Assembly: GCA_964291265.2 (NCBI GenBank)
Contig: OZ219747.1
Coordinates: forward strand, 2,976,001-3,040,000
Reading direction: 5' to 3'
DNA length: 64,000 nt
Origin: Alphaproteobacteria bacterium
GTDB lineage: Bacteria > Pseudomonadota > Alphaproteobacteria > SP197
How positions within the stretch are numbered: position 1 is the first letter of the stretch; each line of letters opens with the position of its first letter. Both the position numbers and the translations under genes were made by a program. The notes beneath the pieces are model-generated. The model was not told the DNA's origin and did no database searches. It worked only from the letters and a program-made list of their open reading frames with translations. This document shows positions 19,562-28,845 of this stretch, one piece after another.

Positions 19562-21992
19562 CCTACCTATTAGTCACAAATCGTGCAGGACGTGATCGTG
19601 TCCTTCCGACGTCGGATCCAGATCGAGGGCCTCGAGCAGGCATTCATAGGCCAGGGCAGCGGTGGCCAGTCGCGGATAGCCATGCCACATCGTCTGGTTG
19701 CCCGGCGCCGGATCATGCTTGCGGTCCAGATACCCGCCGAGGATCGCCACCAGCTTCACCGCCGCCCCCAGCGTGTCGGGCGGGTCCAGCCGGTATCGCC
19801 GGGCATAGTCGCCGAGGAAGCGGAGTTCCAGGTCCGAGAACAGGCAGTCGGGCTTCATCGTCGGCACATCCCGCCCGAGCAGGGTCATCAGGGCAAGACG
19901 CCAGGCGATCACGGCGTGGATGGTGATCTGCCGTTCCAGGCGGCAGGCCTTGCGCGTCGCCAGGTGCTCCACCCGGCAGCCGGACTTCAGCACCCGGAAC
20001 CAGCATTCGATCCGCCAGCGCAGCGCGTACCAGCCGACGATCTCCTGGGCCGCTTCGGCGTGGTCCACAGGAAGGTCGGTCAACAGGAACCATTCCACCG
20101 GAGCTTCCCCGGCCGGCGGGGCCGTCTCGAGGAGATGCAGCGCGGTCACGGCCACGGGCGCGGCATCGGGGCAGCCAGCGGTCGCCGGCAGCGTGGTCGA
20201 CAACCAGCGCAACTCCAGCACCGCGTTCCGCCGGGCAGTGCGGCCGGGCTGCTTCTTGCGCCCCGAGGACTTCGGCCGGGCCGTCAGGCGGGGTATGTCG
20301 ATCTGCATGGTGCCGCGGCAGGCAGACGTACGTAGTCGGGTGAACAGCTTCGCAGCCCCGCGCTTGAGAACCCGGTCATGTCGAGCCCGCACCAGCATCG
20401 ACAGACGGCGATGCTGCCGGCACCGGTCGAACAGTTCGAAGAAGTCCGCTTCCCGGTCCATCACGCACACGACCTTCACCCCGGTCGTCCGGGCCGCGAG
20501 GTCCGCGATGTCGTCGAGACCGTCGAGCCAGCGCTGCGACTTGCGCCGGGACATCTCGACATCCTCGCCCGAACCGGTCTTTGCCCGGGGGCGGGGAGGA
20601 GCGTCGAAGGCAAGACGCGCCACCCCCAGCGGCAGGCCTTCGCCGCTGACAACGTAGCTGGCGTGCAGGTGCAGGCCCAGGGTCTGCGAGGCCGTCTGGT
20701 TCGTGCCGATGATGCCCAGACCGTCGCAGCCCGGACGGGTCGCGAAGTTCAGGTCCGTCCCGTCCTGAATGCACAACGCCACCCGCTGGCCGCACATCCG
20801 CTGCACCGTTCGTTGACGGTGCGGCGCCAGGATGTTCGCCGGGGTCACCGCCGACGTCTCCGGCTGATCCAGGAACCGATAATAGGCCCGGACACCGGCA
20901 GGATCCGGGCGCGCCAGACCGCTGTAGGACGACATCGGACTCTCTCCCTGTCTTCGTGCAATCTCCACCAGGCGCGCACTCAGACGCCGGTCGCCGATCG
21001 GCGCTCCCCCGAACTCGTGGTGCGCCCACGCCGAGGCGTCCAGACCCTCCCCCGGGGACAGGGCCGGCATCGGCTCCGCCACCCCCAGCTTGTGCCGCCA
21101 GTCCCGGTCCAGAACGTACATGTACACGGCCTTGACGCTCTCGGCCATCTCGCGCGCGCGGTCCTGACGGCCTCGGCCCCGGGTGAACCCCACGAGCTGC
21201 CAGTTCGCCGCCCGCAGGCTCGCACCGTCGCGCGTCGGGTCGACATAGGTCTCGACCAGCCATGGCAGGAACCCGTAGCGCTGCGCAACATCGGCGCCCA
21301 GGCGAGACAGGCACATCGACAGCGTCTTCGACGCAAGGTTCGCAACCGGCACCCGGATCAGAAACCGGCTCATCGACAGCACCCGGTGTCGCTCCGCACG
21401 ACGCCGGTCGGCATCCCAGCCGATCCAGGCATCCCGATCCGCCACCTTCAGCGCCGCTGCGGCAAAGCCGAAACCGCCGAGACAGCCGTGAGCGGAATCC
21501 ACCAGATAGCGCAGCTGATGACCGGCCAGAATGGGAGCGCCGAGAAAGTGCTCCCGCGCCATCAGTTCGTTCCAGAGCGCCCGTTCGGCATCCGTGCGCA
21601 CCAGCAGGATCCGCAGACCCTGGATCGCCGCCACGCTCGCCGGCACATCACGCGGCTTCTCCACCGCCTCGCCGAGCCGGCGGGGCGTTGCCCGACGCCG
21701 CTGACCGGAGGGCTCCGGCAAGCCCTCGATCCTGCCCTGCGATGCCAGCTGCTTCAGGGCCACGACACAGCTCGATACCCGCTCGCGTCCCCGTGCGTCC
21801 CGCAGGCCGAAGTGCCGGCACACTTCCAGCGCCAGGCGGTTTTGACTACTATCGCCGCTCTCGGTGACGATCGACTGCAGGCGATCGAGCTGGTCCTCAA
21901 GGACACGTTTGATCGGAATGTGTGCTTCCATGCAGGGCAGGGTGCACCATCCGAATCATCTTGTCCAGCACGATTTATGACTAAAGGGCAGG
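19562..21992 (-). mobile_element. IS4-family insertion sequence (2431 bp)
   Basis: ~30-bp imperfect TIRs (cctacctattagtcacaaatcgtgcaggac vs revcomp end cctgccctttagtcataaatcgtgctggac); 6-bp direct repeat CCTTGC at 19556-19561 and 21993-21998. Confidence 0.9.
19574..21931 (-). CDS. IS4 (IS50/Tn5-like) transposase with N-terminal DUF4338 (DruA-like) domain
   Basis: 785 aa; N-term RDAWIGW/SRFLI/LVETYVD/AANW; C-term GDRRLSARL, IQDGTDLNF, DREAD, YALRWRIE..FRVLKSGC. Confidence 0.88.
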   Translation of the reverse strand: MEAHIPIKRVLEDQLDRLQSIVTESGDSSQNRLALEVCRHFGLRDARGRERVSSCVVALKQLASQGRIEGLPEPSGQRRRATPRRLGEAVEKPRDVPASVAAIQGLRILLVRTDAERALWNELMAREHFLGAPILAGHQLRYLVDSAHGCLGGFGFAAAALKVADRDAWIGWDADRRRAERHRVLSMSRFLIRVPVANLASKTLSMCLSRLGADVAQRYGFLPWLVETYVDPTRDGASLRAANWQLVGFTRGRGRQDRAREMAESVKAVYMYVLDRDWRHKLGVAEPMPALSPGEGLDASAWAHHEFGGAPIGDRRLSARLVEIARRQGESPMSSYSGLARPDPAGVRAYYRFLDQPETSAVTPANILAPHRQRTVQRMCGQRVALCIQDGTDLNFATRPGCDGLGIIGTNQTASQTLGLHLHASYVVSGEGLPLGVARLAFDAPPRPRAKTGSGEDVEMSRRKSQRWLDGLDDIADLAARTTGVKVVCVMDREADFFELFDRCRQHRRLSMLVRARHDRVLKRGAAKLFTRLRTSACRGTMQIDIPRLTARPKSSGRKKQPGRTARRNAVLELRWLSTTLPATAGCPDAAPVAVTALHLLETAPPAGEAPVEWFLLTDLPVDHAEAAQEIVGWYALRWRIECWFRVLKSGCRVEHLATRKACRLERQITIHAVIAWRLALMTLLGRDVPTMKPDCLFSDLELRFLGDYARRYRLDPPDTLGAAVKLVAILGGYLDRKHDPAPGNQTMWHGYPRLATAALAYECLLEALDLDPTSEGHDHVLHDL

Positions 21993-22949
21993 CCTTGCCT
22001 CCTCGCAATTGAGACGCCCGGCATAGCTGTAGATGTTGCGGACCAGGATGCGGTCGTCGACCGTGCGCCGGACCGTGCTGCCAAAGGGGTCGGCCGGAAT
22101 GATGCCCCATGCATCGCAACCACCCAGGGTCCTGGCCTCATCCGGTGTCAGCTTGCGCGACATGCTGGCCCAGGTTGCGATGGGGATGAGGCACTCCTGG
22201 TAGAATCCGAACTGGGGGGCAAAGCCGTTGGTGGTCAGCAACAACCTCGATGTCAAGATCTCGCCGTCGGTGAATTCGAGATGATGGCAAGGCCCGTAGC
22301 CAACCCTGCGGACCGGTGAGTCCTCGTAGACCGCGACATTCTCCGGCATCGACCGCGCCATGCCCGTGACCATGGCTGCGGGCTGAACCTGGATGGTGCC
22401 AGGCGTGTGGAGACCCTGGACGTAGAAATCCGTGCCGGTGATGGCCTTCATCTCCGGAGCCTCGATCCAGCGGTAGGATGCGCCAAGGAGGTCGAGACTG
22501 GCGCTGTAGGCCTTGATGAGAGTCTGGCCACGCCGCGTTGCCGCAGCGTGGATCTTGCCTTCCTCGCGCCAGTCGCAGTCGATGCCGTGCCGTGCGACGA
22601 TGTCGCGAAGATAGTCCTGGCCCGCGCGATTGAGGGAGATCTGCATCCTTTCCGCTTCCAGGGAACCGGCAAAGTTCGTCGCCCGGATGTTGTGGGCCTG
22701 GTCGATGGCGAAACCCGAACAGCGCCCCGCGGCGTTGTTGCCGATGCGGCCGGCATCGATCAGGGCAATGCGAGCCTGCGGATCGAGCTCGGCGAGGCGC
22801 CTCGCGGCAGCCAGCCCCGTGAAGCCGCCTCCGACGACCGCGTAGTCGACATGCATACTGCCGACGGCCCGCAGGGGAGGGGGCAGCCCAGGGAGAGTCC
22901 CGAGCCATCCGTTGTGGTGGTCCGCTTCCGGGAGAACGCCGACCTTCAC
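21993..22949 (-). pseudogene. 5' part of FAD-dependent oxidoreductase split by IS4
   Basis: VVGGGFTGLAAA, AAGRCSGF; cut at the IS boundary. Confidence 0.85.
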
Positions 22950-23175
22950 GACACAAGGTCCACCCGGATGGTGATGGTGTCGCAGGACTGAAGCGCGGAC
23001 CTCTCCAGGCGGCTGAAGGGAGCGCGTCCACGGCGGCAGCCGATACTGGTGGCGGCATTCCGGACCGTCACGTCTTCACGTGCGCTCCCGGCAGGGCCGG
23101 CAAGGCATGAGGCCTCCATGCGCCGTCCGCCGCTGACAGCCCGCGGCGAGGGCCGGATCCAGGTCTCCTGCTGCA

Positions 23176-24138
23176 TCAGCACCGCTGACGGGACTGCATG
23201 AACTGGTCGCGTTCCTCCTGCCAGTCCCGCAGGATCGCCTGTTCCGGTTTGCTGCGATCGACCGGCAGCTTCGAAAGGGCCGTGAGCAGATCGCGCCGGG
23301 CTGACCCGGACACGAGGGGCAGGGGCTGGCGTGGTGGACCCATGTCGCGGCCTGAAAGGCACGTGGCCGCCTTGACGCCGCTCATGTAGTCCACGTCCCG
23401 ATCATTGTCCCATAGCCAGAGGCAGGCATCCCGCATCGAGGCCCAGAGGGCGAGGGCCTGAGCGTGTTCGCCAGACACGATCAGTTCATGGAGCCTGACG
23501 CACTCCCGGGGCATGAAGTTCGCAGCCCCCCAGATCATGCCGACACAGCCCGCCATCAGGGAATAGGGCGCATAGGCGTCGGTGCCGTTGAGCACGCCGC
23601 CTCCGCACGCCACCAGTTTCTGGAGCTGCGTGAAGTCGCCGGAACTGTCCTTGATGTAGTCGAGGTTGTCGACGGCGATCAGGCGGCGGTAAAGGTCCAG
23701 TGTCAGGGGCGCGGCCTGCTGGGGCACGTTGTACATGACGACCGGAATGCCGATTGCCCTGGCGATGGTCTCGTAATGGCAGAACACGCCGCGCTCTCCC
23801 GGCGGTTCCAGGAAGGGGGGCATGACCATGACAGCTGTCACTCCGGCATCCTCGGCGGCTTGAGCCCTGGCGACGCAATCGGCCGTGCTGAGAGCGGTGG
23901 TCTGGGCGACGGTCGGCACGCGACCATCGATGTGCCTTGCCCCCTCCCGGATCAGGAAGGCACGTTCCTCGTCACTCAGGTAGGCATACTCGCCGGTGCC
24001 CGAGCACAGGACGATGCCGTGCATTCCCGCCTGGATCATGTCGTCGATGTGGTCCCTGTAACGACCCGGGTCGACGGTCTCGCCGTCCTTCTCGAAGGGC
24101 GTGCACATGGCCGCGAATATGCCGCGCAGCTGCGTCAT
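23176..24138 (-). CDS. Dihydrodipicolinate synthase (DapA/NAL) family protein
   Basis: AMCTPF, SGTGEY, MYNVP, IKDSSG. Confidence 0.88.
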   Translation of the reverse strand: MTQLRGIFAAMCTPFEKDGETVDPGRYRDHIDDMIQAGMHGIVLCSGTGEYAYLSDEERAFLIREGARHIDGRVPTVAQTTALSTADCVARAQAAEDAGVTAVMVMPPFLEPPGERGVFCHYETIARAIGIPVVMYNVPQQAAPLTLDLYRRLIAVDNLDYIKDSSGDFTQLQKLVACGGGVLNGTDAYAPYSLMAGCVGMIWGAANFMPRECVRLHELIVSGEHAQALALWASMRDACLWLWDNDRDVDYMSGVKAATCLSGRDMGPPRQPLPLVSGSARRDLLTALSKLPVDRSKPEQAILRDWQEERDQFMQSRQRC

Positions 24139-24317
24139 GCTGTGTCCCCGCAATCCCCTGTTCCGCGATGCCCTGGCACTTCAGGTCAGACCACGCAGAC
24201 GATGATAGTCCGGCTTCGCCAGGGCCAACAAGATGTTCGTCACAATGTAACGAGCGCTCTTGCCGCGCAGTCCCGGTATCCATTGAAGCCTTGGCCACCA
24301 CCCGCCGCTTGCGGGAC

Positions 24318-24440
24318 GAGAGGGTTCGCTCACGCAGTGATCGAGGCATCATGGAACTGAGCGAATGCCGACAAGACACGGGACAGAGCGTCATGGCCAC
24401 CGTCATCCTCATCATGGCCCCCCCTTGCTCGAACACCGGC
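24318..24440. mobile_element. IS66-type MITE, degenerate copy
   Basis: gggttcgctcacgcagtgatcgaggcatcatggaactgagcg..., aligns with the reverse complement of 44699-44825 and 55939-56055. Confidence 0.7.
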
Positions 24441-24444
24441 GATT

Positions 24445-24750
24445 GAAGAGTGCCTCAACACCCTGCAGGCCGGCTCAACGGACCGCCTGCGCCAGACAGG
24501 CGAGATGAGGATATGTCTGGCCTTCAACGCATGCCGCGTCATGAGCCCGATCACGTCGCCAAGCCGCATCGTTCACGGCGACGAGACCACGGTCCTTGAT
24601 GACCTCCACGGATCCCGCCGACAGCGCCCGGCGCGTGGACCTCCCGATCCCGAACCAATACATCGAAGCCTTCGTCATCGAGGTCTTGACGCCTGGCAGG
24701 CCCCGGGTCAGGCGCCGCGATTGCTGCCTTGGTGCTGTTCGGCGTAGGGT
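24445..24750 (+). pseudogene. IS66 transposase relic
   Basis: Encodes IVHGDETTV, resembling RHGDETSW of the IS66 at 60738-61634; second copy at ~43030-43340 (-). Confidence 0.55.
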
Positions 24751-24784
24751 GCCGCCATGACGAACACCTTCCCCCTTCCAACCC

Positions 24785-25963
24785 GTGAGCACGATGCCCG
24801 TTGAGACGCCGGGGGTCTTGCGCGGGAGACTTCCGGCGAACCGGCACGATGCGCTGTTCCGGGATCTGGTCTCCGAGCCGTCCCGCGCCGCTTCGCTGCT
24901 CACCGACTACCTGCCGCCGAAGGTGGCTGCCCTCCTCGACCTCGAGGCGCCGCTGGAAGCGGTCAAGGGCAGTTTCGTCGACGAGGCCGCCCGTACCACC
25001 CAATGCGATGCGCTGTTCCGGGTGAGATTGAAGGACGGCCAAGATGCGCGCCTCTACGTGCTGCTCGAACACAAGAGCTACGTCGACGCCGCGACGCCGC
25101 TCCAGCTCCTGGGATACATGGTCAACATCTGGCGGAGCGAGATCGGGCGGAGCGAGATCGGGCGGAGCGAGATCGGGCGGAGCGAGATCGAGGGCGACAG
25201 GAGAAAACTGCCGGTGATCATCCCGCTGGTCTTCTACCATGGCCGGGATCGCTGGACGGTGGCGCGCTCGGTGCCGGACATGATCGACGCGCCCGAGGGG
25301 CTGGAGTCGTTCGTCAGGGAGTTCGCCTATGTGGTGCACGACCTCGGGGAGATGGCGCCGGACCGGCCGTCGACCTCGCCCGAGGTGCGGTCCGCTCTTC
25401 TGGCGCTCAGGTTTGCCTTTGCCGAGGAGGTGCCGCCCGATCTTCTCGACGTGATTATGGACGGGCTGCTTGCAGGGAGCGCGTTCGAGCGCCATATTGT
25501 GCGCTATATGACCGAGTACAAGGGTCTGACGCTGCCTCTTCTGGAGGCGTCTTTGCGCCGGACGAAGCCGGACCATTGGGAGGTGCTGATGGGCACGATC
25601 GCACAAGCCTGGGTCGAAAAAGGAAGAGCCGAGGGAATCGAAAGGGGAAGAACCGAGGGTATCGAAAGGGGACTCCAGAGGGGACTTGAGAGGGGAAGAG
25701 CTGAGGGAATCGAGAAGGGAATCGAGAAGGGAATCGAGAAGGGAATCGAGAAGGGAATCGAGAAGGGAATCGAACGAGGCCGGAGCGAGGCCCTCGCGGA
25801 ACTTCTTCTTCGTCAACTGTCCTTGCGCTTCGGTGATGTGCCGGATGCGGTCCGTGAGCGGGTGCGCGGCGCGTCGGCCGCCGAACTGGAGGCCTGGGCG
25901 GAGGCGGTGCTGGTGGCCACGAGCCTTGATGATGTGCTGGCCGCCAGGCCCAGGCACGAATAG
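24785..25963 (+). CDS. Rpn/YhgA-like PD-(D/E)xK nuclease with C-terminal repeats and DUF4351-like tail
   Basis: HDALFR, CDALFRV, YVLLEHKS, LPVIIPLVFYHG, EGIEKG repeats, LLRQLSLRFG. Confidence 0.9.
   Translation: MSTMPVETPGVLRGRLPANRHDALFRDLVSEPSRAASLLTDYLPPKVAALLDLEAPLEAVKGSFVDEAARTTQCDALFRVRLKDGQDARLYVLLEHKSYVDAATPLQLLGYMVNIWRSEIGRSEIGRSEIGRSEIEGDRRKLPVIIPLVFYHGRDRWTVARSVPDMIDAPEGLESFVREFAYVVHDLGEMAPDRPSTSPEVRSALLALRFAFAEEVPPDLLDVIMDGLLAGSAFERHIVRYMTEYKGLTLPLLEASLRRTKPDHWEVLMGTIAQAWVEKGRAEGIERGRTEGIERGLQRGLERGRAEGIEKGIEKGIEKGIEKGIEKGIERGRSEALAELLLRQLSLRFGDVPDAVRERVRGASAAELEAWAEAVLVATSLDDVLAARPRHE
25131..25190 (+). repeat. 15-bp tandem repeat GGCGGAGCGAGATCG x4 (RSEIG)
   Basis: Read directly; the second rpn copy has x3 (42602-42646). 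Confidence 0.95.
25705..25774 (+). repeat. 12-bp tandem repeat GGGAATCGAGAA x5 plus a partial unit (GIEK)
   Basis: Read directly; the second rpn copy has x4. Confidence 0.95.
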
Positions 25964-26084
25964 GCGTTCGGTCACGCGGTCATGAAGGGATGATGGCGCC
26001 TGCGAGAATGTCGAGCGAAAACCGGGACAATGCGCAGATGTCACTGTCATGTCAGTCATCGTCACCCCTTGACCTAATGCTTGC
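25961..26084. mobile_element. IS66-type MITE
   Basis: Ends GCGTTCGGTCA...TGACCTAATGC; near-identical to 41695-41820. Confidence 0.75.
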
Positions 26085-26090
26085 GACCGG

Positions 26091-26132
26091 AACCAACCAG
26101 AATCAGCCATCACCGCACGGCCGAACGCTTAC
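26091..26132 (-). mobile_element. Isolated IS66 left end
   Basis: aatcagccatcaccgcacggccgaacgcttac, identical to 61762-61793 (GTAAGCGTTCGG on the minus strand). Confidence 0.8.
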
Positions 26133-26900
26133 TGCGGGACCATGACTTCTGCGTGCGATACCGCAGATCCCGATACCGTCTGGATGACGTATCCGGACAC
26201 CAGACAACGCCGCCTCGACTTGTTGAGTGCCTTCGTGACCATGCTGTTCAAGCGAGGATTCTGACCATATCCAAAGACATAGTCGACACCATGGTCCTCG
26301 CACCAGACCATGATGTCGTCCGTGCCGAAGTCGGCATCCCCCCGCACCACGATCCGTGTCCGGGGCCACGTGCCGCGGATCTGCTCAACGATCCGTGACA
26401 GCTCATCCGCCGCGCCATGGTCGGCCGTCCGCAACCGGCAGCGCAGGATGTGCTCGCCGCAGACGACGAACAGCGGCAGGAAGCCATGGTGGTCGTCATA
26501 GCCGTGGAAGTACTTGCCCTCCTGGTCGCCATGCACCGGATCGTCGGTGGCATCAAGATCCAGAACAATCTCCTCGGGCGGTTCCGCATGGCTCTCCAGA
26601 AACAGGTCCACAAGAAGACGGTCCAGTGCTTCGTGATCGGCCACGATCTTCTTGTAGCGGTCCAGGCTCGCCTCATGCGGATCGCCGAGTTCCAGGCGGT
26701 TCAGCGTGCTCGAGGCCGCCAGCACATGTCCACGGTCCCGCTCGCGAACCCGTCTCTCTCCCTCCACATCGTCGATCCCGCAAGCCAGGGCCAGAGCAGG
26801 GTCGTCACGCAGACGGTCATGATCGTTGAGATCCTCGTAACAACCCGGAGCCAAAGCGATGATGCGCTGCGCCACCAGTGTCGTCACATCCTGTACAATG
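26133..26900 (-). pseudogene. IS1380-family transposase fragment
   Basis: YEDLNDHDRLRDDP, STLNRLE, LDLDATDDPVHGDQEG, IVVRGDADF; both ends truncated. Confidence 0.85.
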
Positions 26901-26946
26901 CGACCCACTCCGAAAGCCGTTCGACAGAGAAAGAGGAACTGAGGCA

Positions 26947-27456
26947 ATGTCCGTAGAGACCGTCACCGTCAGGGGCGAGAGCTATACAACGTTGAAAGAA
27001 CTCCTTCGCCCCGGACTGCGCGCCGTGTTTGTCAACATCAATCCCGCGCCGAAATCGGTTGCGGCGGGCCACTACTATAGAGGGCGGCATGGCAATCTGC
27101 TCTGGAAGAGGTTGCAGGAACACGGGATTGTGCGCTCCCTTCCTATTGGAAGGGAAGACGAAGCGGCGTTCAGTCAAGGGATAGGATTCGCCGATCTGGT
27201 TCGACGACCGACTCCCTCTGCGAAGTGCTTGTCAAAGGAAGAAAAACGCAGAGGTGCGTATTCTCTCGTGCAGAGACTTGTCGAGCTGGGGCAGCCACGC
27301 CCTGCAATCGTCTTTGTCTATGTTGCAGCGGAAATAGAGTGCCGCTTCAGACTTTTCAAAGCGGGATTCTCGACCTACACGATGCCAGGTCCCTACGCAC
27401 GCAGAGAAGACGTGCAACAGAGAATGCGGCTGCTCGCAGAAGTACTCGGGCCTTAG
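26947..27456 (+). CDS. Uracil-DNA glycosylase superfamily protein (MUG/TDG-like)
   Basis: LLRPGLRAVFVNINPAPKSVAAGHYY...NLLWKRL, GFADLVRRPT; GAGG RBS. Confidence 0.75.
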   Translation: MSVETVTVRGESYTTLKELLRPGLRAVFVNINPAPKSVAAGHYYRGRHGNLLWKRLQEHGIVRSLPIGREDEAAFSQGIGFADLVRRPTPSAKCLSKEEKRRGAYSLVQRLVELGQPRPAIVFVYVAAEIECRFRLFKAGFSTYTMPGPYARREDVQQRMRLLAEVLGP

Positions 27457-27599
27457 TGGGGTTGCAACTGCCCAGGTCTGATTGCGCCAGACGTTCACGG
27501 GCGGTAGATCAGTGGTTCCGATCCGGTGGCGCGAGAAGGGAATCCAGACGCGGTTTCTGGTTCGGCTGAATGCGATCGGGATTCGCCGGCGTTCGAGAA

Positions 27600-27675
27600 G
27601 CAAACGTCCGGCCACGCGGTGATGGCTGATTTTGGTTGGTTTGGGGCTTGCTGACAATGGCCTGAGAGAGCGCTG
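27600..27675 (+). mobile_element. Degenerate IS66 left end
   Basis: gcaaacgtccggccacgcggtgatggctgattttggttggtttggggcttgctgac matches the reverse complement of 61737-61793. Confidence 0.75.
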
Positions 27676-27683
27676 GGCGATGC

Positions 27684-28085
27684 GGGGCTGCGCCTTGTCG
27701 ATGTCCTTGCCCTGCGAGCGAGGCGACATGCAGCCTGTGGTTCCGGCGGCATGAGCGGGCGCCGTCCATGGATCATGGTAACGTGACCGATGAGCGCGGC
27801 CACCTTGCCGCCAACGTTCCCGGGCATGGTAACGGTACCGCAAGGGGGTTCCAGGTGTCGTGTGTCCCGTCCACAAGCCGCGCGGCGGTTCGATCTCCTC
27901 GAGGGCCTCGATGTCGGCCTCGACGATGATCTGCAGACGTTCTCCGCCAGCCTTGTCGCGCAGGGAGTCGGAGAGACTGTCGAGACAGTCCTGATCAGGC
28001 TCCTTGCACTGCACCGAGCTCGGCCATCGCATCGCGCCAGCGTTGCGCACGGGAGCGGCACTCGCGGGGCTTTCGGTGGTGGAGG
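27684..28085 (-). pseudogene. Degenerate second copy of the small-ORF + palindrome module (cf. 56934-57533)
   Basis: DCLDSLSDSLRD...IEALEEIEPPRG; degenerate palindromes at 27777 and 27828. Confidence 0.8.
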
Positions 28086-28149
28086 GAGTTTTCCGATGTC
28101 GCCTTCGACATCGTTTCAACGGAACGCAATCCCTGTTTGTCAGACGGAC

Positions 28150-28640
28150 TCGGCCGCCATGGCGATCGCTGTTGGCTTCGAAGCGCAGCCGGGACTGGAG
28201 GCCACCTCGCTCCTGACCGGGAAGATCTTTCCCTCGTGCAGTCCCGGATATCTGAAGCGGCATCCCGACCTGAAGACCATGCAGGACATCCCGGATCAGG
28301 ATGCGGATGGCGTCGGGGAGCACACACGCTGTCATGTCCGCGCCGCCTGAACTTCGGGCGGCTGCCTCGCCCCCCTGAAGCATCGGCGCCACGCATCCGC
28401 CCGGTCCTATGGCGTGACACGCCGAAACAGGATGAAGGCCTTGCTGAGCCGTGGCGAACGCAACGCTCGCCAGCCGATCCGCACCCGCCGGTCTCGCCGC
28501 TGCGACAAGCTGTTCCTGCCCGTCGAACATGGCGCTCCGGATGAAGCGGCAGGCGCCTGCGAGAGCAGCCTGCCTGCCTTCTCCCAGGGATTCGGTGAAG
28601 CACCGGATGGACAATCTGTCGGTGTTCGGTATCGTCCGTC
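28150..28640 (-). pseudogene. TnpB (IS200/IS605 family) N-terminal relic
   Basis: ALAGACRFIRSAMF and PKFRRRGHDS fragments; nucleotide similarity to 38200-38352. Confidence 0.55.
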
Positions 28641-28845
28641 ATGCGCGGTCGGCTCGCCATCGGCCGTTTGGCTCAGGCGGGGAAGGCGACCCCAGACCAC
28701 TCGCGCATCAGTTCCGCAACATCGCCATCCAGTCCACGACAATCCACCATGCATCCATGCTCTGAACTGACCTGGACATGAGAACAAGTTGTCTGGCCAT
28801 CGGCGCCAACCACGGTAGTCTTGAGACAGGGCAAGGAGGTCGCAC

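Larger units (their letters stand above)
24318..26084 (+). mobile_element. MITE-bounded composite element, copy 1 (MITE - IS66 relic - rpn - MITE)
   Basis: Inverted homolog of 41695-44825; MITE copies at both ends; no clear target duplication. Confidence 0.7.

Noticed and set aside
24305-26095. 8-bp target duplication around rpn cassette copy 1
   Set aside because: Flanks (tgcgggac / gaccggaa) do not match; the right side abuts another IS66 end and was probably rearranged
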